A stretch of 64,000 bases of DNA from an uncultured virus (IMG/VR IMGVR_UViG_3300029309_000009) (Duplodnaviria > Heunggongvirae > Uroviricota > Caudoviricetes): positions 1 to 64,000 of the IMG/VR virus record IMGVR_UViG_3300029309_000009. One strand, given 5' to 3'. Of this stretch, positions 1 to 10,083 are shown piece after piece. The stretch's first letter is position 1; each line of letters begins with the position of its first letter. Made by a program: the position numbers and the translations under genes. Below the pieces are notes generated by a model that saw only the letters and a program-made list of their open reading frames with translations, ran no database searches and was not told the DNA's origin.

Positions 1-2
1 AA

Positions 3-3000
3 GGAGATAGAGTAATTCCTACTTTTATTTATAGTGGGTTCCATTTTAATAATTTAGCAAGTCTATTTGCAGGAGATTCAGTAGTAGTAGCGGCAGACTA
101 TCAAGATTATACAGTGGGTTCTTGTGAATATAGTAATTCAAATAGAATAGATACGACTGGAACTCCCTGTAATGTTAGAGTAGGTATGCCGGTAAGTGGA
201 CTCGGTATTCCTACCGGCTCTACTATAATTTCTATAATCGCAACTTCGGGAACAAATGTAACTGCCTTTAGAATTTCGCAACCTACCACTGGTGGATTTA
301 AAACGGGTCAAACTTTGACATTCGGTTCATTTATTGCTACTGATACTTCTACAAGTCCCGCTAGTAGTCCCGTTGCAGCGACAGGACAGATAACAGTTTT
401 CGACCACGATGCTAACTGCGGAATGACACAGGGACAGTTTGTAACTTTAGTTTCTACTGATGGAACTTCAAAGAATTATGTTATAGTAGATGATACTGAA
501 AGTTCAGTAACTACCGGAGCAGTATTGACTAGTTCAAGTGATTTAGGAACTATTACATTAAGTAGTGTCGGGTTAAGCGCAGGAGTGGCAGTTACACTAA
601 ATACTACTGGCTCAGTAGATAATCAGCAAGAGTTTCTAACTCAACTAAAGGCAGCAATAGAACACGCAAACGGCCACAATGGAAAAATTACAGTATCTTC
701 AATAACTGCTGGAAGTTCAGATGAAAAATTTATTACTTTAACTCAAGCAACGGGCGGAGAATCTGGAAATACTGTAATAACTGAAAATGTTTCTAATGTT
801 CAAGAAAGCGGTTTCTTTGGAGGAAGAAACAATTTAGTTAGTGAAAGAAACATTATTGCTGACAGTAATGGAAGATATATTGGAGAAGTTGCTGCTATTG
901 AACATTCGGGCAGTGCAGGTAAAATAGTCTTGATGGATGTAGCGAGAAAAACTAATGGAACTAATTATTATGAGGGAACTTTATTTTCAGTAAGGGAATT
1001 AAGAGATTCTTCTAATAACAGAAACAGCATTAGAACTACAACTATTACGGGGCATGGAAAAGAAGGAACTTTTGTCGCTTTAGATAGAGAAATTCAAATG
1101 TTGAAATCAATAGTCTTTAATGGATTGGGGCCGAGCCATTATGGTGAAAGCGGTTCATCTTTCCACACAAAACATTCTGAAACAGTAGGGGCTACTACGA
1201 ATGTTTCTAACTCTTTTAGATTGGCAAATACATTTTTACCAATAGTTTTGGACTCAGATTCAGCGTTAGGACAAACGGAACACTATGGAACTGATGGAGG
1301 AACTAAGGTAGGTATTTTTGGTAATCATCCATCTAAAATCTTAGAATACTTAGATTCTATTAAAGGAATAGGAAACGCTGCTGCCCCTACCGACAAGGAA
1401 AGTTTGTATTCGGGCTTCTTACCTGTTTTCTTAAATAGATTCGATGTAGAAAATGGTGGAGGCTCAACAATTAGTAGGGGAACTTGCGGAGGCCCAACTA
1501 CTTCTATTTCCATGCGTAGAGATAGAGGAGATTCTTTTTCTATGGTTGGAATGGCACTTCTAAACGATTTTGCTGAAAGTATAGACGGTATTGGTTCTCA
1601 TGCTAGTAGAACATATAATGATGATGCAGATGGAGTGATGGTTGGATTTAAACCTAGATTGTATTTAGATAGAACTAATGAAGTCTCAGATACTTCTGTT
1701 GGTAATAGGACAGTTTATTATTACCCTGTGGTAGCCTCCACAAATATTTCTAGCGTTACATATTTTGATGAGGATGATGGAGATAATTCAGTTGCCTTTT
1801 CTAATATTAATCGTTTATGTTTAGACCTTATGGATTTAACGGGGTGTTATCTAGTTTCTGAAAAAGGACAATTTTATGATAAAAATTATACTGTAAATAC
1901 TGAAAGTGGAGGATTGGCAAATATTCCTTCTCTCAATGAGCAAACTCCTTCGACTATTGCATATGTAATATCGCATGAGATAGATACTAGCAATGATACT
2001 GAAACTCATATCTTAACCTTAGATACTAGATTAGATAGTTCTGCACAATTTTATAGAATTATGCAACCAAACCATACTTGCTTCTATGATTTTTCTCCTA
2101 ACGAAATCAGACTCAACACCTTATCTTCTGCCTATACTAAAATAAGTGGCGAAGATTCTTGCTATGACCCTAGCGATATTAAATCATATATTGTTAGAAA
2201 TAAAAGTGCCGGAAGAAGTTTCGATAGATTTCACAACACAGGAGGTAGGGAGGCAGCATTATCTATGTATCTACCAGTAGATTTAGATGCCCAAAGTGAT
2301 AGTATCTATACTGTAATTAGAGATTGTAATGATATGGGAAGCATCCTTACCCCTAATGAAGAAATAACTATGGCTATTTCTGATGGAGAAGATAGTTACA
2401 AGTCTTCAATAAAATATACAGATAATGGTGATGATATTGGTCACTATCTAAGATTTGATAAAATAAGAGAAATGTTGGGAGTTGTTTCTATAAGCGAGCC
2501 TATGACTTTAGAAGTAGTGGGAGATTTATCAACAGAAAGTAAAAGGTTAATGATAGGCTCGGTTGCTAATATTTGTTTTGAAGGTGACGATTTAATTAAT
2601 GATTTATTAGAAACAAATGATATAGAATTTACTAGTGAAGAAAGTAACTTCCCATACTTTTTGGCCCCTCACTATAAAAGCGTAGATTTATTTTCTGCAA
2701 TTAATTTAATACTAAGTAAAAAAGATAAAACCTTAATCGAAAAACCCTCTACTAAAACGATTTATAATCCAAAGGAATCTACATTTTCTTTAGTCAATGA
2801 AACTAGTAGTTCTAATTTCCCTAAAGTTCTTTTCGATGATGACGGAGAGCATCAAATTTTTGAATATAAAGAGGCTAAAAATCTGTTTGATTTTTATAAT
2901 GAAATTATAGTTTATGGAAATTCACATAAAGGAACTAGAAAAGATTTGCGTAGCGTCCAAAAGATAGGAAGAAAAACTTTAGAAGTTTATGAAAAAGAAC

Positions 3001-3506
3001 TAACTTCTCAAGAAGAAGTCAATAAAAGAGCAGGAGATTTACTTAGAATACATTCAGACGATAATATAAGACTGAATATTACGGTGGGGCATACAAAAAT
3101 AAGTCAATTGCGAGCCGGAGACATAGTTCAAGTAGAATTAGATAAAGAAGGAATACAATTAGACGATTACATAGTTTTACAGATACAGCACGACTTATTA
3201 GGAATGATGCAATTAGAATTAGGTAAATTTAGTAAGCAGTTAGAAGATAGATTTGCAGAATTATTATCTTCAAACAAAAAAATATTTGCTGATATTAGGT
3301 CTAAAAAATTCAATGAAAGGTCTACTTCTTTTGATATACTAGATTCTATTGACATTAAGGTTTCTAAATTACTAGTTAGGAAGGTTTCTTCTAGCGGAAG
3401 CGCAACACTAGGGTTTGGGTCAGCCCTAAATACAAGCACTACTCCAATGGGATTCAGTGGCGGCTCCACCGATACCATTACAGATTTAGTGGAGGAAGAA
3501 TTTTGA
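3..3506 (+). CDS. Large virion tail/baseplate-hub-like structural protein (5' truncated by window edge)
   Basis: Frame is open from base 3 into the 114..3506 ORF; T/S/G-rich beta-strand N-region, C-terminal hub-like region (NEIIVYG...GRKTLEV...LRAGDIVQV); followed by tail-fibre genes. Confidence 0.7.
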   Translation, partial: GDRVIPTFIYSGFHFNNLASLFAGDSVVVAADYQDYTVGSCEYSNSNRIDTTGTPCNVRVGMPVSGLGIPTGSTIISIIATSGTNVTAFRISQPTTGGFKTGQTLTFGSFIATDTSTSPASSPVAATGQITVFDHDANCGMTQGQFVTLVSTDGTSKNYVIVDDTESSVTTGAVLTSSSDLGTITLSSVGLSAGVAVTLNTTGSVDNQQEFLTQLKAAIEHANGHNGKITVSSITAGSSDEKFITLTQATGGESGNTVITENVSNVQESGFFGGRNNLVSERNIIADSNGRYIGEVAAIEHSGSAGKIVLMDVARKTNGTNYYEGTLFSVRELRDSSNNRNSIRTTTITGHGKEGTFVALDREIQMLKSIVFNGLGPSHYGESGSSFHTKHSETVGATTNVSNSFRLANTFLPIVLDSDSALGQTEHYGTDGGTKVGIFGNHPSKILEYLDSIKGIGNAAAPTDKESLYSGFLPVFLNRFDVENGGGSTISRGTCGGPTTSISMRRDRGDSFSMVGMALLNDFAESIDGIGSHASRTYNDDADGVMVGFKPRLYLDRTNEVSDTSVGNRTVYYYPVVASTNISSVTYFDEDDGDNSVAFSNINRLCLDLMDLTGCYLVSEKGQFYDKNYTVNTESGGLANIPSLNEQTPSTIAYVISHEIDTSNDTETHILTLDTRLDSSAQFYRIMQPNHTCFYDFSPNEIRLNTLSSAYTKISGEDSCYDPSDIKSYIVRNKSAGRSFDRFHNTGGREAALSMYLPVDLDAQSDSIYTVIRDCNDMGSILTPNEEITMAISDGEDSYKSSIKYTDNGDDIGHYLRFDKIREMLGVVSISEPMTLEVVGDLSTESKRLMIGSVANICFEGDDLINDLLETNDIEFTSEESNFPYFLAPHYKSVDLFSAINLILSKKDKTLIEKPSTKTIYNPKESTFSLVNETSSSNFPKVLFDDDGEHQIFEYKEAKNLFDFYNEIIVYGNSHKGTRKDLRSVQKIGRKTLEVYEKELTSQEEVNKRAGDLLRIHSDDNIRLNITVGHTKISQLRAGDIVQVELDKEGIQLDDYIVLQIQHDLLGMMQLELGKFSKQLEDRFAELLSSNKKIFADIRSKKFNERSTSFDILDSIDIKVSKLLVRKVSSSGSATLGFGSALNTSTTPMGFSGGSTDTITDLVEEEF

Positions 3507-3844
3507 TAACAGATGAAATGAGAAAAGAAGTGCTAACACACATTAAAGACACTTTAGCCATAAGCGGAAAGATAGGATTTGGAGGAAATAGCACAAGCCC
3601 TAGAGCCACTGCTTTAGACATTCCTAGTGAAGCCACGGTAGTAATAGCCAAAGAAAGTTCTGATTTGAATATATTAGAAATAAAAGTGACTTGTGCCGGA
3701 AGTAATATTACAGGAAAGGTCATAAGGGAATTAGGAATATTCAAGACTGATTCAGAAATGATTGCTAGAGTTAATTTTGACGGTGTGGGGCCATTTACTG
3801 CATCCGAAACTCTAGAATTATTCTTAACAATAGAGGTGAACTAA
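3503..3844 (+). CDS. Small tail/baseplate protein (tail-collar-like)
   Basis: 113 aa, IRELGIF...MIARVNF pattern typical of phage tail-collar/baseplate proteins; overlaps upstream stop. Confidence 0.55.
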   Translation: MITDEMRKEVLTHIKDTLAISGKIGFGGNSTSPRATALDIPSEATVVIAKESSDLNILEIKVTCAGSNITGKVIRELGIFKTDSEMIARVNFDGVGPFTASETLELFLTIEVN

Positions 3845-3845
3845 A

Positions 3846-6068
3846 ATGACTAATAGCCCTAACCCACACTATATTTCACAAAATGCTAATGGCTCAAGTA
3901 TGACTCAGCCGGTAGATAGCGTAGATTTTCCGCATTCGGGATTAATAAAAGCACTTAATCAAATGGCAGCAGGTAATGTTGTTGTGAAAACGGGAACTGA
4001 TTTTGATACAAATCAAACAGGAGGAAACTTAGTAGTTGCAGCAGGTAAAATATTACGCAATGGTAAATATATCGAAGTTTCTACTAAGACCTTTGCAGAT
4101 AGTTCTTTGACAACTACTTATGCCAAAGGCTATCATCTTTTGGTTGTGGCAGACGGTAGAGAGGGCGGAGAAAACGCTAATGAATTATATTTGAGACCTC
4201 CTACTGCTAATGAAAGAGTTCCGGAATTTAAATTAGGAGATACTATTGTTGCAATGATAGAATATTCTAGTGGAACTTCTGCCGGTTCTAGATTAATTCA
4301 ATATTTTACTACAAATAAAGAATCAAATAGTTTGAGTATTGCTTATGCTAATTCTAATGTTTATACTCAAGCGATGACAGTAGATGCAGATTCAGATGGA
4401 GATGTAACTTTTGAAAATGTAGTTACGGATAAAGATATTATTTTCAAAGTAAGTGATGGTGGAACTCCGACTGAGGTAATGAGAATTGATGGTGAAAATT
4501 CAAAAGTTGGAATTGGAACTAATTCTCCGGATTCATTATTACATGTTGCGGGAACAGGTATTCCGACTATAAAACTTCAAGATACTGATACTGCTGGTGG
4601 GTTCGGACATTTAGAAGTAAACGGGGCTGCTTTATTTATTGAAAGTTATGATGAAGATGGAACTGAAGGACAGATATTGTTTAAAAATGCCACTACTGAA
4701 GCGATGCGTATAAAAGAAGATGGAAAGGTGGGAATTGGAACATCTACACCTTCTACTAAAGTAGAAATAAAGGGAGATACCACAATTTCAAGAAGTGTTG
4801 ATTCGGGACAAACAAGAACGCTAAGTATCGAAGGGGCAAGAAACGCAACGGGAACTGATTACGCTAGAATTGATTTTAAAAATCATGACTCCAATGGCCC
4901 TACTTCATATACAGGCGCAAGAATTAGTGCAATTAATGAAGATGATGGGGTTAATGATGGAAGTTTAATATTTTCAACCAATAACGCAAATGCAGGAATA
5001 ACAGAGAGAATGAGAATTAATGATGCAGGAAATGTTGGTATTGGAACAGATAGTCCTGAAACAACGCTTCACCTGAAATCTTCTGCAACATTACAACCTA
5101 GATTATTAATTGAAAATACTAATACTGATGATGAAGAACCCATGCTTATTCTTAGAAAAAACAGCGCAACTCCTAATGCTTTAACGAATCCTGCATCATT
5201 CACTGACGCTACTTGCGATACTAACCATACAACGGGATTATCTGATGGCGCAAGCACAAGTGTTAGACATATTACACATAATGCCAATGCCAATATTGTT
5301 GTAGGTTTGACCGTTTCGGGAACAGGTATTCCTTCGGGTGCTACCATTGTAGCAATAAATAACTCTACTTGTTTTACATTAAGTGCTGATACTACCGCTA
5401 CAAATACAAACACAACTCTAACTTTTGTGAGTGCAGAAGTTGATGATTTAGGAATTATTAGATTTGAGGGAGAAGATAGCACAGGGGCAAACACTCTTTA
5501 TGCTCATATTCTTGCAGAAGCAAGAGGAGTAACAAACACTCAGGAAGCAGGTAAAATAGGATTTAATTGTCAGCATCAAGGAACATCAAGAAGATTATTT
5601 TTAATTCAAGGAAATACTACTGCTGGCGCAACAGTAATGGTAAATGACGGGCAGCAAGATTGTGATTTTGTCGTAGAGGGAGTAGGGAATGCTCATCTAT
5701 TAAGAACCGATGCGGCTAATGATAGAGTAGCAATAGGCCATAATAGCCCTACTGCTACATTAGATATGCTTACGGGCGGGACTTTTAGAAATACTAGATT
5801 ACTTACAGTTTCAGTTTCAGCAAGCACTACTTTAACTGAATCCGCCCACGCAGGTAGATACAATATATGTGCAGGAAACATAACTCTACCATCAACATCT
5901 ACTGCTGGTGAACATTATGCTATTTTAAATACAACAGGGGGAGATATTACTATTGGTCGAAATGGGAATAATATAAATGGTGCTGGTTCTGATGTTACTT
6001 TGGGAAGTTTCAAAGCAGCAACATGTATTGCAATTGGCTCTAACAATTGGATGGTAGTTGGTGTTTGA
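3846..6068 (+). CDS. Tail fibre / receptor-binding protein
   Basis: 740 aa with repeated (E)xMRI...G[KN]VGIGT..P fibre-shaft repeats and a C-terminal beta-rich domain; GAGGTGA SD upstream. Confidence 0.8.
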   Translation: MTNSPNPHYISQNANGSSMTQPVDSVDFPHSGLIKALNQMAAGNVVVKTGTDFDTNQTGGNLVVAAGKILRNGKYIEVSTKTFADSSLTTTYAKGYHLLVVADGREGGENANELYLRPPTANERVPEFKLGDTIVAMIEYSSGTSAGSRLIQYFTTNKESNSLSIAYANSNVYTQAMTVDADSDGDVTFENVVTDKDIIFKVSDGGTPTEVMRIDGENSKVGIGTNSPDSLLHVAGTGIPTIKLQDTDTAGGFGHLEVNGAALFIESYDEDGTEGQILFKNATTEAMRIKEDGKVGIGTSTPSTKVEIKGDTTISRSVDSGQTRTLSIEGARNATGTDYARIDFKNHDSNGPTSYTGARISAINEDDGVNDGSLIFSTNNANAGITERMRINDAGNVGIGTDSPETTLHLKSSATLQPRLLIENTNTDDEEPMLILRKNSATPNALTNPASFTDATCDTNHTTGLSDGASTSVRHITHNANANIVVGLTVSGTGIPSGATIVAINNSTCFTLSADTTATNTNTTLTFVSAEVDDLGIIRFEGEDSTGANTLYAHILAEARGVTNTQEAGKIGFNCQHQGTSRRLFLIQGNTTAGATVMVNDGQQDCDFVVEGVGNAHLLRTDAANDRVAIGHNSPTATLDMLTGGTFRNTRLLTVSVSASTTLTESAHAGRYNICAGNITLPSTSTAGEHYAILNTTGGDITIGRNGNNINGAGSDVTLGSFKAATCIAIGSNNWMVVGV

Positions 6069-6484
6069 TGTATATTATTTTAACAGGTTGCGCTCAACAA
6101 AATGTTGGAACGGCACTTCTTATGGCGTTTGATGCTGGTGGAACTGACGCAGTAGATATTTTTGCAACAGCAGGTTCGGGAGTAGTTTCTACTTTACTCG
6201 GAGAAATTGATATAACTGCTTCTGCTAGTGGTGGAGATGGAAGTTATTCTTTTTCATGGACTGTTACTGAAGCAGATGACCCGACCAATTCTTTTGCAGT
6301 TAATTCTTTAGGAGTAAGAAATAATTCTAGATATAATTCATTAACAATTAACGCCACTATACCGGCAAATGTCTTTGACCCTCCGGAAACGGCAATTTAT
6401 ACGCTTAGATGCACTGTTACTGATGGAACGGGTAGTTCTAATTTTGTTGAAAAAGACATAATTCTAACGGTCCATCCAACATGA
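6068..6484 (+). CDS. Ig/PKD-like virion accessory protein
   Basis: ASASGGDGSYSFSW...YTLRCTVTDG Ig-like pattern; ATG overlaps fibre stop (TGATG), preferred over the 6047 start. Confidence 0.55.
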   Translation: MYIILTGCAQQNVGTALLMAFDAGGTDAVDIFATAGSGVVSTLLGEIDITASASGGDGSYSFSWTVTEADDPTNSFAVNSLGVRNNSRYNSLTINATIPANVFDPPETAIYTLRCTVTDGTGSSNFVEKDIILTVHPT

Positions 6485-6596
6485 TTGAAACGATGCCAAA
6501 CAAAAAGCGTTTAGTTAAAATATATATTACTTAGTTAGTATTTTTTTGTAGAAAATACTTAGTCTAAAAATTTGCTATCTGGTCGAAATTTCGCCA

Positions 6597-6651
6597 TAAA
6601 AAAAATTTGAGCCGGAAACCCACTAACTAAAGTGAGCCTCCGACTCTTTTT
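6597..6651. terminator. Terminator hairpin at convergence of + and - transcription units
   Basis: Minus strand GAGTCGGAGGCTCACT-ttagtt-AGTGGGTTTCCGGCTC 16-bp stem using G-U pairs, flanked by A/T runs on both sides. Confidence 0.65.
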
Positions 6652-6656
6652 ACAAA

Positions 6657-6803
6657 CTATTTTTCAGACCAAATGCCTTTACAATTTCTGCATTCCCAAA
6701 GTTTTATTTTACTGTTAGACCCCAAATAAAACCCTTGCATTCTTTTTGCAATGGTATGTTCTCCACAATATTTGCATTCTTTTCTAAGGGCCACGATTCT
6801 CAT
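6657..6803 (-). CDS. Small zinc-ribbon protein (48 aa, not in ORF track)
   Basis: Manual translation: ...ECKYCG...LWECRNCKGIWSEK; two CxxC pairs. Confidence 0.55.
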   Translation of the reverse strand: MRIVALRKECKYCGEHTIAKRMQGFYLGSNSKIKLWECRNCKGIWSEK

Positions 6804-6936
6804 CTTCCCTCATTAATCGTGCAAGGTATTCTTCTACGGTATCATCGGAAAGTTTTGAACCTCCGAAAGCCGCAAAGAATAGCAAAGTCACGATAATCAA
6901 AAAGATGATTAGGCCAAACCATTCTGCTGTTGTCAT
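6784..6936 (-). CDS. Small single-pass membrane protein (50 aa, not in ORF track)
   Basis: MTTAEWFGLIIFLIIVTLLFFAAFGG...; ATG coupled to upstream stop (TAATG). Confidence 0.55.
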   Translation of the reverse strand: MTTAEWFGLIIFLIIVTLLFFAAFGGSKLSDDTVEEYLARLMREDENRGP

Positions 6937-7529
6937 TACCAATCAACTCCTAATTCCATGTATTTTTCTTTTTCTGTCGAGAAGGCTTTAACGAATCCTT
7001 TGTCTTTACCATATTTCCATAGGTCATAGACTAATTGTGTATCCTTCAGACAATACTCCACAACTTCAGTATGGTTTCCCTGTTTCCAAAGTTTAGGTGC
7101 ATCTGCGCTATCCATTAATTTTGCATCAGATAAAGAACACTTAACTAAATTTTTTAATTGAAATCTTTCTCCATGTTCTTTAACTAGAATTTTGCTAGTA
7201 TCAATGTATTTTTGTTCATTTAGATATTTGTGTATGCAATAAATATCCATTGAATCTCTCAGTATTGGAAGGTCGAAAGCGGCTATGTTGTGTCCCAAAA
7301 GAATCCCACCTTTTTGTAGGTGGTCATCTAAATCAAATTTCAATTGAGATAATGGCTTAGTTTCCACACCTGCTTTAGCAAAAGAATCTACGGGTTCATC
7401 AACATAAACGCTTCCACTTTCTCCATTCCATGTAGCCACAGTAGAAACTTTGAACATATGAGTATTTCCAAACCCGCCTATTTCATAGGACATATTTTTT
7501 GTTTCTAAATCTAGGGCTAATACTGACAT
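6936..7529 (-). CDS. RNase H-fold DEDD 3'-5' exonuclease
   Basis: ExoI LALDLET, ExoII GHNIAAFD, ExoII/III YCLKD motifs; probable start at MSVLALD (7529). Confidence 0.8.
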   Translation of the reverse strand: MSVLALDLETKNMSYEIGGFGNTHMFKVSTVATWNGESGSVYVDEPVDSFAKAGVETKPLSQLKFDLDDHLQKGGILLGHNIAAFDLPILRDSMDIYCIHKYLNEQKYIDTSKILVKEHGERFQLKNLVKCSLSDAKLMDSADAPKLWKQGNHTEVVEYCLKDTQLVYDLWKYGKDKGFVKAFSTEKEKYMELGVDW

Positions 7530-7533
7530 ACTA

Positions 7534-7767
7534 TCACTTATCCGATTTACTTGAAGTCCAAAGTTTAGCAAGTTGTTCTGCCTTTTCATCTTTGGGTTCT
7601 TCTTCAATATCTGTTCTGCGTTTTAGAAACACTACTATGTTAGTATTGGCAACTGCAATCATAGCAGAACATTCCCAACCTTCTTCTCCATAAGTATTCA
7701 ATGCCTCAATAATTACCTTCGGGCCTTTTGCTACATCAAATACAAGGAAGTGGTTTTCCCATATCAT
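7534..7767 (-). CDS. Small hypothetical protein (DUF4177-like)
   Basis: WE...LNTYGEEGWE...VFLKR pattern recalled for DUF4177. Confidence 0.5.
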   Translation of the reverse strand: MIWENHFLVFDVAKGPKVIIEALNTYGEEGWECSAMIAVANTNIVVFLKRRTDIEEEPKDEKAEQLAKLWTSSKSDK

Positions 7768-9200
7768 TTCTTTTCATCTCCTTTTCTAAGCCTTACAAAT
7801 ACAGACCTTCCCACAGTATCAACTTCAAATTTACTTTCAATAATCTTCCAATCTCTATAACATTGCGCTCTAGATATTCCTTTGCTCTGAACTCTCTCAA
7901 ATAATTTTGGTTTACTTACATATCCGTCCGTGTTTTCCTTGTCATTCTTTATCATTTCACGATATTCCTGTATAAAAACCACAGACTTATTTTGGATAAG
8001 GGCCGACTTTTGTATCTTTAGGCTTCGTTCTAGCCACTCTACCAATGTGCTATAACATTGTTGGGTTAAAATATATGCCTGTCTAACGTGTGTTGGAGTA
8101 ACCACGAACTTTTTTTCTGCTATGCAGCATAAGACTGAGAGTTTCAATAGTTGAACATTATTTCTTGTCATAAAGTTTTGAGCAATTTCTCTTACTTCCG
8201 GCCTACAAGACTTTACATATTCTCTCATTTTCTTATACTCATTAATTAGAGCATCTGCAAATCCCTCGCTATATGTTACAGTGCAAAAAGCATCTTCGCC
8301 TACTTCTAAAAATCTCGCTTTTACATTTTTATATATGTTGAATAATGCCTTAGCGAATCTTTCAGTATCTAAGTTGGCAACTACTCTTTTTCCCGATTGC
8401 TTTAGTTGTAGCATTCTCATTTCATGCTGTTCTTCTTCGGGAACCTCTCTAACATATACTAGCATTCTTTGTAGAACTCCTTTTTCTGCAATCACAGATT
8501 TCAAATGTTTTGGAATGTAAGTTGTAGCCCAAACTGAACGCTGACACATACATTCCATCAAATGTCCTTCCTTTAGTTTCTTAGTGATTATCCAAGATTC
8601 TCCTTCTAAAGTGTTCATCAAAGTATTTAGATAAACAATAATATTTTCTTTATGTTGGCTTTGTTTAAAAACACCGGAATATTCAAACTCATCCCAATGT
8701 GCTAAACCGTTCCCTTCTAAAGAACCCGACCTTCTTTCATAGATAGGTTCATCATTTTCATCTAAGTCTTTTAGCCTTTCATAATATCCTATCAGTGCAG
8801 CATCCGTATATTCTACAACATCGAAATTATCATACCTTTTTGGAATATACACTTGGGTAGAATCTGTTCCTGCTGTTCCTTCAAATTCATTTATTCTTTT
8901 ATGTAAAGATTTGCTAACCGGCCCCATGAAATTCCATAGTGTGCTTTTTCCTGTTCCGGAGGTTTGCATCCAGCAAAAGTGTATCCTGCTATCTTCAGTA
9001 TTCTTGCCTCTAGGTATTCTAATAAAGTCTTTAACTATTTGACCTAGTAAACTAAAGAAAGAAGCCATTGCAGGAATATCGTTTTTATGGGAGACTGTTA
9101 GAACAGTCTTTTTCCAATCTTCTACTATGCTTGGCATTGTTTCTGTTAGTGCCACTCCATAATATTCTTCGGGTATTTCTATCTCATCTTCATAATTCAT
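7764..9200 (-). CDS. AAA+ ATPase, MCM-like putative replicative helicase
   Basis: Walker A TSGTGKS, Walker B AHWDEFE, GVLQR arginine-finger-like motif, C-terminal wHTH-like tail; within replication cluster. Confidence 0.6.
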   Translation of the reverse strand: MNYEDEIEIPEEYYGVALTETMPSIVEDWKKTVLTVSHKNDIPAMASFFSLLGQIVKDFIRIPRGKNTEDSRIHFCWMQTSGTGKSTLWNFMGPVSKSLHKRINEFEGTAGTDSTQVYIPKRYDNFDVVEYTDAALIGYYERLKDLDENDEPIYERRSGSLEGNGLAHWDEFEYSGVFKQSQHKENIIVYLNTLMNTLEGESWIITKKLKEGHLMECMCQRSVWATTYIPKHLKSVIAEKGVLQRMLVYVREVPEEEQHEMRMLQLKQSGKRVVANLDTERFAKALFNIYKNVKARFLEVGEDAFCTVTYSEGFADALINEYKKMREYVKSCRPEVREIAQNFMTRNNVQLLKLSVLCCIAEKKFVVTPTHVRQAYILTQQCYSTLVEWLERSLKIQKSALIQNKSVVFIQEYREMIKNDKENTDGYVSKPKLFERVQSKGISRAQCYRDWKIIESKFEVDTVGRSVFVRLRKGDEKK

Positions 9201-9901
9201 ATTTTCACCTTACCTTCATTGTTTAGAACTTTAATTATTCTGTCGGCTACGGTAGTTCCAATTCCGTCTATAATGCACAACTCCTCAATAGTCTGTTCTC
9301 CTATTTCCATAATAGAGCCAAACTCTTTTATTAATTCCTTTGCTTTTTTTATTGATACGCCTTTTATGCTAGTTAGTAAATCTAATCTTAAATCGTCTGT
9401 TGTTATTCTCTTGAATACTTCCGGTCTTATCACTTCTCTTTCTATCGGTTTCATTTTACATATTGCTGTTATTATTTTAGCCGCCTCTCTTTCCGTTGGA
9501 ACCCAAAACGCTTTACAATCTGTATCCAAAGTTATTCTTCCTATTGCCCCTAAAAATTTATTATTAAGCATTACAGACCTAGCAGGGCTAGGTAATTTAG
9601 ACTTGCTATTTTCCATTATATTAATAATGGCCTCGTTAAGTGAACCATAAATAATTACAATGTTATGATTATAATGCCTATCCATGTTATCTATCTGAGT
9701 CCATATTCTTTTTGACATTACAGAACTAATAAAATCTGTAACAGACTTTGCCTCAAAACAAACATCATCAAACACGTAGTCTCCAATTTCAAGCCATCTT
9801 TTTTCTGTTTTAATATTTAGAGACTTGGCCTTTTTTTCTACCAAGTCTACAAGTAGAGAACCTTTCTTTTCTCTACTGTCTATCACTAACATAAAAATCA
9901 C
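9197..9901 (-). CDS. ERCC4/XPF (Hef-like) structure-specific endonuclease
   Basis: IDSRE, GDY, EAKSxxDF nuclease motifs and two C-terminal HhH motifs (IKGVS, IDGIG). Confidence 0.9.
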   Translation of the reverse strand: MIFMLVIDSREKKGSLLVDLVEKKAKSLNIKTEKRWLEIGDYVFDDVCFEAKSVTDFISSVMSKRIWTQIDNMDRHYNHNIVIIYGSLNEAIINIMENSKSKLPSPARSVMLNNKFLGAIGRITLDTDCKAFWVPTEREAAKIITAICKMKPIEREVIRPEVFKRITTDDLRLDLLTSIKGVSIKKAKELIKEFGSIMEIGEQTIEELCIIDGIGTTVADRIIKVLNNEGKVKI

Positions 9902-10083
9902 TTAACTTAGTTTGTCCTTCTATTATCAATCCGAAATTATCTAGTGTTAATTGTTTCATTCACACCACTCCAAACTTTCTTTTGCCTTCCGAATGTATTC
10001 CCTTGCTTTTTCGGGATTTCCTTTCAGTGCTTCTTCTAATGCGTTATCTAAACATATACTTGCGTGTGTTAATCTATCTATAT

